A DNA stretch of 64,000 nt from a virus (taxonomy: Duplodnaviria > Caudoviricetes), in the IMG/VR virus record IMGVR_UViG_3300009678_000061, positions 5,364-69,363 of that record; one strand, written 5' to 3'. Position 1 is the stretch's first letter, and each line of letters opens with the position of its first letter. A program made the translations under genes and the position numbers. Positions 56,950 to 64,000 of this stretch are shown here, piece after piece. Under the pieces are notes generated by a model. The model did not search any database. It was given only the letters and a program-made list of their open reading frames with translations, and was not told the origin of the DNA.

Positions 56950-57689
56950 CCCTTCGCCACAACTCTCTCAATCCCCCACTGGCGCATGAACTCTTTCTTG
57001 AATTCCTGCTCGCGGTCACGCCACTTCTCGTATCCCGCCGGCCGGTCCCGATGGTGCAGGATCAGCGAGTCCGGGCAATAGGCTGTCGCGCCAGCCGGGC
57101 ATCGCAGGGAGAAGTCCCACATCTCGCACAGCGGCAGCGTCTCATTCCATCGCACCGCGACCAACGCATCGCGCCGGGCCAAGAGGAAATTGCTGACCAT
57201 TGTGCAGGGTTGATAGCGAATCCCGCCCACCGTTTTCTGTACCTGCGCCTTTGGCGCGCGGACGACAAGTTGCTTGAGGCCGTCCTTCCACGGCTCGATT
57301 GTCAGATCGGCGGCGAAGCTGACCTCAACTTTGCTCCGCACGTCCAGGCAATTGCCGCCGACAAAGCTGATAGCCGGGTCGGCGAGAACGGCTTCCATCG
57401 CGTCCAGGTTGGTTCGTTCGCAGAATTCCAAGTCGTCATCGAGAATCAATACCAACTCGCTTTGGGCTTCCGCCACGCCGGCATTGCGAGCTGCGGAGAC
57501 ATTCGCTTGAAGATCCCCGCGCTGCCGGTATTCGAGCTTGTCGCTGGGCAAATCCGCGGGCTTCGTGCCCGTGTCAACGACGATGACCGGCAGCGCGGGG
57601 TAGAACCGGCGCAGGGAGTGAAAGAGTCGCTCCAAAGAGGCCGGGCGTTCAAGGGCGGTGATGACGGCGGTGAGGTTATTGGTGAGCAT
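56946..57689 (-). CDS. Glycosyltransferase family 2
   Basis: LTAVITA.ER...L..L..S..VIVVD, NVSAARN.G, LILDDD (DxD). Confidence 0.85.
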   Translation of the reverse strand: MLTNNLTAVITALERPASLERLFHSLRRFYPALPVIVVDTGTKPADLPSDKLEYRQRGDLQANVSAARNAGVAEAQSELVLILDDDLEFCERTNLDAMEAVLADPAISFVGGNCLDVRSKVEVSFAADLTIEPWKDGLKQLVVRAPKAQVQKTVGGIRYQPCTMVSNFLLARRDALVAVRWNETLPLCEMWDFSLRCPAGATAYCPDSLILHHRDRPAGYEKWRDREQEFKKEFMRQWGIERVVAKG

Positions 57690-58746
57690 GCGTCCCTTCC
57701 GACAGATGCGGCAGCCCGCTGCGGCGTTCAATCCAGACGTGCCCATTCGCCAGCGATACGCGGCGATCTCCAGTTCCCGCAGGTCCGATGCTGATGCGGA
57801 GCGACAATAAATCGTCGGCTTCTAACCGCGCCCATTGTGTCGTTGCAACATTTTCGCGCGAGTCGATAAACTCGTTTTCGATCGTCTCGCCATGCACGGC
57901 CCCGGTCAGGGTAATCTGCCAGTCGGCTTGCGTTCTGTAGGTCGCGTAGTCCGCACCCATGCTCTCGCCGTTTCGATACCATTGAAGCGTGATCGACTTG
58001 CCCTGCGCAATGAAGGCGTTGGCCGTGTTGTTGAGCCACACAACGGCGTCGAAATGAAGTAGGTAATCTCCGCTGCGGATGATCTTCAGCGGATAGACGG
58101 CGGTTCCCGTCAGTCCAGTTACTGAGGTCGATCCAAACTCGACGCCATTCATCGGCGGGAGCACGCCGAATTCAAACTCCGCAGGATTGGCTGCGGCAGC
58201 GGTGAAGTCCCAAGAAAGGACTTCGGCGGCTTCGTCACTATTGATCGTGTAGAGCGATACGGAATCGAGCGAACCGGCCGCGACCACGGGGTATTGATTC
58301 TCGCGCGGCAGTACCCAAATGCAATCCCCAACCGTGGCGAAAGGCGAGCCCGGCGCGTGGCCCAGCGAGCGGTAGGCGTCGAACGCATTAGACAACCACC
58401 ACTTGCCCGATTGCAGGCCGGCAACATCGCCCGTGAAAGTCCGATCAAGTTTCTCGTGCAAAACCCGGCAGGGGAAGTCGATTGTCGCGTTGCCCCATTT
58501 TCCAGGCTCGATGTGGAACGGGCTGTTGAAACAATGTAGCGTCCAATCCTGGTTGGCCTGAGAATCGTCATCGGGTTTTTTCACCAACGCGATTTGGCGA
58601 TTGCCGGCTTGTTCCCAGATGTACACGTTTTCCGTGGCTTTGCGGTCGATGCCCAGCTTCATCACCGCGTAGCCGGGAATGACTTCCTTCGTCGTGTTGC
58701 GGACGGTGAACCAGCGAACCGAATTCAGATAAGGCAATGGGTTCAT
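57676..58746 (-). CDS. Tail or receptor-binding-type protein
   Basis: End of the tail gene chain; beta-sandwich C-terminus. Confidence 0.55.
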   Translation of the reverse strand: MNPLPYLNSVRWFTVRNTTKEVIPGYAVMKLGIDRKATENVYIWEQAGNRQIALVKKPDDDSQANQDWTLHCFNSPFHIEPGKWGNATIDFPCRVLHEKLDRTFTGDVAGLQSGKWWLSNAFDAYRSLGHAPGSPFATVGDCIWVLPRENQYPVVAAGSLDSVSLYTINSDEAAEVLSWDFTAAAANPAEFEFGVLPPMNGVEFGSTSVTGLTGTAVYPLKIIRSGDYLLHFDAVVWLNNTANAFIAQGKSITLQWYRNGESMGADYATYRTQADWQITLTGAVHGETIENEFIDSRENVATTQWARLEADDLLSLRISIGPAGTGDRRVSLANGHVWIERRSGLPHLSEGTHAHQ

Positions 58747-60650
58747 GCGCGCAGCCTTGTTGGCTTGGTCCAGGTGGGCTCGTGCGCACTCTGCCCGACC
58801 GGCTGCGTGATTTGCAGTTGCGCCTTGACTTGCTCAAGTTTTCGCTTCTCTCGATAGGGCGGCGCGAATTCGTGGGCTTCGCAGTTGTAGCTGGCCTGGG
58901 TGCGCGTGAAGCCCTCTTCGTCCACCCAATACGTGACCTGCTGAATCGCGCCGTCGAGCTGAATGGGGAACAATCCGGCATAGCGCCGCGTCTCGGGATC
59001 AAGAACGCGGTACTCAAGTTGAATCGCGTCGAGGTATCGGTCAGCGTTGGCATCGACCTGCTGCTTATTAGTGACCACGCTGGCGATCTTGAGCTGCGCC
59101 GGTGGCGGCGCGTTGAGGGGCGGCGGTTGTCCTTGCGGTCGATTGTGAAGCTGCGGCCCCGGCTTGGCATACCGCACAATCACGTTTGCCCCAAGATCAT
59201 CCTTTTTGTCGTATCGGGGAGCAACAGGCAGCGTTGGCGCTGGCAGGTTTCGTGCCCGCTCGTAGCGCATGATAGAGTTGTTAACGAAATCGCGCAGATG
59301 AATTGCCGTGCGCAGGTAGAGATAGGCTTCGTCGCGGAAGATCGCATCAACCTTGTGGATGGTTCGACGGGTGATGATCGATGGCGGCGGCAACGCCTCA
59401 TCTTCAATCACCTGAATTTGCTTCGTCCCCACGCGATATACGTGATCTGAGAACTGCACCAACCCGCGCTCGCGGTCCACGGTAAACGACTTGTGATAGT
59501 AACCGCCCAGGTCGCTACTGGTGAGCGTCGCCGGATCCCAGATGATCGATGGGTCGATCACGTTGACCACATTGTTGTTGATTTCATGCTCATCACTGAA
59601 GATGCCGTAGACCACTTGCGGGAAGTATTTCCCCGTGCCTGGCCCCGTGTATGGCATCCGGTCGAGTTGCGTATCCAGCAGCGGCAGGATTCGCTGCAAC
59701 GAGCGAATCACGACACCCTGTCCGACCCACTGCGCAATCGGCAGGTTGATCGGCACCTTGACCTGATACGTTTTCCAAAGGTGTTTGATGACCAGTTTGC
59801 GGTATTGCAAGTTTGGGAAAATCGAAATCATCGCTTCGGCGTCGATGGGGTCCACATCGGACCATCCGTTTTTCAGCGCCGGCATCAACTTGCTAAATGG
59901 CAACCCGACGAACGAGCCGTCCGGCTCCTCCATCACGGCCTCAAGTTCAAGATCAACCTGAAACCGCGTCGGCGCGCAGGCAATGATGATCTGTGGCGGC
60001 CGTTCGACGGGATCCGCGGTCGCTGATGCCGCGGTCACAATTGATTCGCCGCCCTGCAACTTGCGGCCGACCCCCAGGCGGACGACCATCGGTGTGTCGT
60101 TCCAATCAATGAAGATCCGGCAGCCGTAGAGGTCGAGAATCGCCTGCATCGCCTCGGCGGCCGGCGTGTAATCCCACTCAACGGGCGGATTCGTGTCCGG
60201 CGTATTGGGAAGTGCGTTCGTGTTCCAGCGCGTTTCCCCCAGGGCTTGCAGGCAGAGTTGCACAAGTTGCGCCGGGCTGCGCTGCGTGCCGGGAATGAAG
60301 CCCGGATCGTCAGGCTGCAACCGCTGGTTGTACCAGCCTGAGATTGTGCCGTACTTTGCGTCGCCGTGGCCCCACATCCAGCGGCGGTCAAGAATGGTCG
60401 CGACCCAGATTCTTTCCCCGCTGTCGTTCAATTCTTCGTGGATCGAATCGAGTAGGCAGTTTTTCCACAGCATCTTTTTTGTGCCGTAGGTCAACTGCAG
60501 ATTGCCTGTCGTCTTAGGCGTGCCGGCAAACGGCGTGCAATAGAGACTGGCCGCGCCGGGCGTGATGCCATGCTGCTCGACCATCGAGCCGTGGATGATA
60601 CTGCCGGCCGGGATGCCGGGAAACGACCAAATGCCCTTGGGAGCCGCCAT
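58743..60650 (-). CDS. Tail tip / baseplate hub-like protein
   Basis: 635 aa in the tail chain; pattern resembles central tail proteins. Confidence 0.55.
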   Translation of the reverse strand: MAAPKGIWSFPGIPAGSIIHGSMVEQHGITPGAASLYCTPFAGTPKTTGNLQLTYGTKKMLWKNCLLDSIHEELNDSGERIWVATILDRRWMWGHGDAKYGTISGWYNQRLQPDDPGFIPGTQRSPAQLVQLCLQALGETRWNTNALPNTPDTNPPVEWDYTPAAEAMQAILDLYGCRIFIDWNDTPMVVRLGVGRKLQGGESIVTAASATADPVERPPQIIIACAPTRFQVDLELEAVMEEPDGSFVGLPFSKLMPALKNGWSDVDPIDAEAMISIFPNLQYRKLVIKHLWKTYQVKVPINLPIAQWVGQGVVIRSLQRILPLLDTQLDRMPYTGPGTGKYFPQVVYGIFSDEHEINNNVVNVIDPSIIWDPATLTSSDLGGYYHKSFTVDRERGLVQFSDHVYRVGTKQIQVIEDEALPPPSIITRRTIHKVDAIFRDEAYLYLRTAIHLRDFVNNSIMRYERARNLPAPTLPVAPRYDKKDDLGANVIVRYAKPGPQLHNRPQGQPPPLNAPPPAQLKIASVVTNKQQVDANADRYLDAIQLEYRVLDPETRRYAGLFPIQLDGAIQQVTYWVDEEGFTRTQASYNCEAHEFAPPYREKRKLEQVKAQLQITQPVGQSAHEPTWTKPTRLRA

Positions 60651-60662
60651 CGGTCAATGCTC

Positions 60663-63260
60663 CTAAAGGGCCACGGGTGCAAGGGATAAATTCGTACCCA
60701 GATCGAGAGTGACTTCTTCAATCGAGGCTTGCACCAACTGAATCGGGTTGGTGAACGTCAGGTTATTGATATGGCCATAGAATGCGGCGCCCGCGTGCAT
60801 TTGCAGCGTGGTAATCGTGTTGGCCCCGGTGTAGCCACGCTTGTCGAACGTGCCGCCCTTGCCGACGACCAGGCTGGTAATCGTGCCCGTGGATTTCCAG
60901 AAGCAGCCACCCTCTTGCAGTAAGAAGGAAGTGGCGCAGCCGCCAGAGCCCACCATCGTCACGTTGCCGCCAATGTTCCAGAGCGTCGGTACGGCAGAGT
61001 TGAACGTGGCCTCGCCGCCCCATTTCTTGGCCGACGTGCCGAGCGTGAGGCCAGCACCGCCGATGAACGTGACATCATTGTCCGGGCTGCCGCTGTGCCC
61101 AAGTTCCAGCGTGGCGATCGTGGCGGTCTCGGTCTGAAAATATGCTGCGGCAAAGCTGCCTTGAAAAATCTTCCAAGCGTTACTGGCATGGGTTCCTTTC
61201 CAGAGCACGGCGCAAGGGTACAGGTCGCCCGAGCCGCCCGTGGCATAGACGGTCCCCGTGACTTGCCCTGTGCCGTTGTTGATACGAATGAACGACGAGC
61301 CTTCCCCGATGCCCTGGCCGATATTCAGGATCGTTGTCGTGATGTTGAACGACTTGCCGCGATACTCGTAATAGGTTCCCGTCCAGTCTGGCAGCCCGAT
61401 CTGCCCCGTGTAGCTGCGCTCGATGTGGCAGGCCGCCAGAACGATGGCGCTCTGGTCGATGTTGTAGAGCAACGAAATTGAAGAATTCGCGAAGTAAATT
61501 GTATCGGTCGAGACCGGGACAACTCCGTCGCTCCAGTTGTCCACGTTGTCGAAATAGCTCTTGCCCGTGGCGGTGACTTCGTGCGTGAGAGTCAGGGTAT
61601 GCGTGCCCGAGCCGGTGAGAGAAGCGCCGGAGCCGGTCAGGGCCGTATCGGCAATGTCGGTCGCGGCATACGCACCAGTGAACTCGTAGAGGTAGGGACC
61701 GCCGGCTGCCCCGGTAATCGTCACATCGCCCGGAACCGGCGTCGTCAACCCCTCGATTTCCGTCTGGACCGCGGCAGCCGTAGCGTTGTAAGCGATCGGT
61801 CCGGTCGTCTCAGCATTGAGCGTGAGCGTGAATGTTCCGCCGGTTGGCCCGCCATTGATCGTGATGAGCTTCTGCTCGTTTACATTCGTGATCGGCGTGG
61901 TGGAATCGACGTTGACCGCGCAGCCCGTGAGGCTGCTGGTGCTGGTCATTTGGGCCACGTCGGTTCCCGCCAGCGCGCCCTGGAAAGTGCAGGTGTAGAC
62001 GTAAGGGCTGGTGACCGTACCTGATCCTGCGCGGGTCACCGCGATGTTGCCGGCCCCGATGCTGGCCAGCGCCTCCAAGTCTGTTTGGAGATTGGCGGCG
62101 GATTCATTGAACACTTGGGCGGCCGTTGTCGCGCCGCCGAAAGTAACGGTCCACGTTCCACCCGTGGGAGCCAGGCGAATCGTGATCGTCTGGACCTCAT
62201 CGACGGCCGTTGCCGAGCCTTCCGTTTGCGTGGTCATCGTCCAAGTTCCGTTGGTCGGGGTGCCGGCGGCGAAATCGCCGGTAACGATGTCCTGTTGCCC
62301 CAACGTGCCAATGAACTCGATCAGAAAGTATCCGACGATGGCGGATGTTTCGGTTTTGGTGACCTGCACTGTGCCGATACCGAGAACTCCCTCGATGGCT
62401 GATTGTGCTGTCGCTGCGTCGTATGCGCTCGTGATGATGGTTACGCCACCCGGCAATCCACCGCCGGTGGAAATCTGGCAACTTGAAGGCGAAGTGGGAT
62501 CTGTGACCGTATACGCGAGCTTGCGGACTTCATTTGTGCCGCTTTGGCCCTGTGTAGGGGTTGCGTGCGCGATGTACTGCGCTCCGGTGATGCCGGTAAG
62601 CAATGTTCCGTCTCCGGTCATTTGTGGTACGTTCACGCCCGCGTAGGTTCCGGTGAAAGTCACGGTCCAGATGTACGGATCGGCGACCGTGCCAGAGCCG
62701 GCGAGTGTGGCTGTCACGTCGCCAGGCGCAATGTTGCTGAGCAGGTTTAGCGCGGTCACTAATGCGGCGGCAGAAATGTCCCAGGCCAAGTTGCCCGTCG
62801 TCTGGCCGTCAAAAGTCAGAGTGAACGTCCCGCCTGTGGGCACGCCGGCCAGTTGGACCGTCTGAACCTCATTGCTGATTGCGGCTCCTTCGCGGACCGT
62901 TGTAACCGTGACGGAGAATGATCGCGTCGTGCTGGCGGTGATGGTGACCGGCATGCCCTTGGTTCTGGCAACCAGCAGTACATAGTAAGTCTGCACACCA
63001 TCGATATATTCATACGTTGACGTGGCTTCGACCTCCGTCCATTCTGGGATGTCGGTTTCGTTGATGGCATCCTCGAAGGCATTGCACAAATGCTCTTCGG
63101 GGGTATCACCATCGACGGCGAACTTCCCATATTCCAGCTCGATGTTCTTTTCGTTGATCGTCAGGCGGAAGATGTCGCCAACTTTGACATTGGCTGGCAC
63201 AGCCTTCCATTGGTCGGCAATATCCTGGGCGTTTCCTATGAAAAATTTGGTCACTGCCAT
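60663..63260 (-). CDS. Large tail protein with four ~110-aa repeats and a beta-helix-like C-terminus
   Basis: Repeats NEVQTV..PTGGTFTLTF; Thr/Gly-rich. Confidence 0.65.
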   Translation of the reverse strand: MAVTKFFIGNAQDIADQWKAVPANVKVGDIFRLTINEKNIELEYGKFAVDGDTPEEHLCNAFEDAINETDIPEWTEVEATSTYEYIDGVQTYYVLLVARTKGMPVTITASTTRSFSVTVTTVREGAAISNEVQTVQLAGVPTGGTFTLTFDGQTTGNLAWDISAAALVTALNLLSNIAPGDVTATLAGSGTVADPYIWTVTFTGTYAGVNVPQMTGDGTLLTGITGAQYIAHATPTQGQSGTNEVRKLAYTVTDPTSPSSCQISTGGGLPGGVTIITSAYDAATAQSAIEGVLGIGTVQVTKTETSAIVGYFLIEFIGTLGQQDIVTGDFAAGTPTNGTWTMTTQTEGSATAVDEVQTITIRLAPTGGTWTVTFGGATTAAQVFNESAANLQTDLEALASIGAGNIAVTRAGSGTVTSPYVYTCTFQGALAGTDVAQMTSTSSLTGCAVNVDSTTPITNVNEQKLITINGGPTGGTFTLTLNAETTGPIAYNATAAAVQTEIEGLTTPVPGDVTITGAAGGPYLYEFTGAYAATDIADTALTGSGASLTGSGTHTLTLTHEVTATGKSYFDNVDNWSDGVVPVSTDTIYFANSSISLLYNIDQSAIVLAACHIERSYTGQIGLPDWTGTYYEYRGKSFNITTTILNIGQGIGEGSSFIRINNGTGQVTGTVYATGGSGDLYPCAVLWKGTHASNAWKIFQGSFAAAYFQTETATIATLELGHSGSPDNDVTFIGGAGLTLGTSAKKWGGEATFNSAVPTLWNIGGNVTMVGSGGCATSFLLQEGGCFWKSTGTITSLVVGKGGTFDKRGYTGANTITTLQMHAGAAFYGHINNLTFTNPIQLVQASIEEVTLDLGTNLSLAPVAL

Positions 63261-63272
63261 TGCTCGATTCCT

Positions 63273-64000
63273 TTATCTGACCCAGGCATGCGGCAGCCCG
63301 ATGAGCGGGCCGGCCGATTCAAACTGGTAAGTCCACCGCAGCACGTAGTTGAAATAGTCGTCGCCGATCCGGTCGTTGCCGCCGTCTTCGATCTCGCCGG
63401 CCTCAACTAAGGCATCGGGCCAAAGTGCGATGGGCAAGCGCGGTCGGTGCATATAGCCCACCGCTTCACCCGATTGCGTCGCGCGGTAGATCGTGGACGA
63501 CCGCTTTTCCTGCTTGACTGGCTTTCCAATCTTCGTCTCGATGTGCCCATAGCGCGGGCCGCCGCCCATGCGCTTGATGGTCTCGCGGAAGCTGACCAGC
63601 ATTCGGTCGGAGTCATCGGTGGGCTTGATGCCTTCCAGCACGATCCGCACGGTGCGAAAGCCGACGTATTCACCCGCGCCGCCCTCGGGATAGCTTGGCG
63701 CGACGATGACCCGCGTGCCACCGAGACAGTCGTTGTTGTTGACCCAATTCGTTGACTCTGCTCCTGGAGATCCGCCCGATGGCAGGAGCAACCCGAAGTC
63801 CTGACCGTCCTCGGAAAAGGCGTCTTCGATATCGGAGACCTTGCTGGAAACCGACGCCGGGGTTGCGCTGCTCGCCTTCACGAACGCGTCAATCGTCCAC
63901 GTCTCCCGAATCGCCAGCGTCTGCTGCGCGGCGTTCTTGATCGGCACGCGCTCGATCAGCACGCCGGGTTCACCGACTGCGAAGGTGTAAGAGCCGTAGC
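63273..64000 (-). CDS. Tail protein (distal-tail-like), 5' end beyond the window
   Basis: The frame stays open to the right edge (YGSYTFAVGEPGVLIER...). Confidence 0.55.
   Translation of the reverse strand, partial: YGSYTFAVGEPGVLIERVPIKNAAQQTLAIRETWTIDAFVKASSATPASVSSKVSDIEDAFSEDGQDFGLLLPSGGSPGAESTNWVNNNDCLGGTRVIVAPSYPEGGAGEYVGFRTVRIVLEGIKPTDDSDRMLVSFRETIKRMGGGPRYGHIETKIGKPVKQEKRSSTIYRATQSGEAVGYMHRPRLPIALWPDALVEAGEIEDGGNDRIGDDYFNYVLRWTYQFESAGPLIGLPHAWVR

Larger units (their letters stand above)
1..64000. mobile_element. Temperate tailed phage genome, probably a circularly permuted unintegrated form; incomplete in this window
   Basis: Terminase, portal, protease, capsid, tail, replication and integrase modules are all present. 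No host genes. Head genes exit the left edge and tail genes enter from the right edge on the same strand. Confidence 0.93.

Noticed and set aside
56946-64000. Diversity-generating retroelement or invertible tail-fibre cassette
   Set aside because: No reverse transcriptase, no template/variable repeat pair and no invertase or inverted repeats seen

Overview
The window is almost entirely one GC-rich temperate tailed-phage genome and contains no recognisable host housekeeping genes. Nearly all genes are on the minus strand. Left to right: head and packaging genes (1-12.7 kb: head-tail joiners, major capsid, prohead protease, MuF-like protein, portal, terminase); further virion, membrane and secreted genes (12.7-25 kb, including a sulfotransferase, an RNA ligase-like protein, a trypsin-like protease and a CAP protein); early, replication and recombination genes (25-54.7 kb: RuvC, DnaB N-terminal domain only, SF2 helicase, ParB-like, RecE-like, Dam-like methylase, CsrA, several HNH and XRE-HTH genes); a tRNA-Val(GAC) beside a tyrosine integrase (55.2-56.3 kb); then a glycosyltransferase and tail genes (57-64 kb). 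Phage genes lie on both sides of the integrase, and the head and tail modules run off opposite edges. This fits a circularly permuted, unintegrated genome whose tube and tape-measure segment lies outside the window. A Planctomycetota-like host is a guess from gene content only. The strongest unexplained signals are: (1) an array of 87-105 bp units built from 5-bp-periodic GTYNN tracts and punctuated by a conserved 15-bp box, flanking a broken gene (53.27-54.06 kb); (2) a roughly 440-nt, deeply nested, GNRA-rich RNA-like structure upstream of the membrane and virion genes (17.65-18.09 kb); (3) a duplicated anticodon stem-loop next to the tRNA and integrase; (4) a csrA gene whose only possible start codon is ATC. 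All family assignments come from motif recognition by eye; no searches were run. Many starts were shortened from the ORF track using start/stop overlaps and RBS positions.
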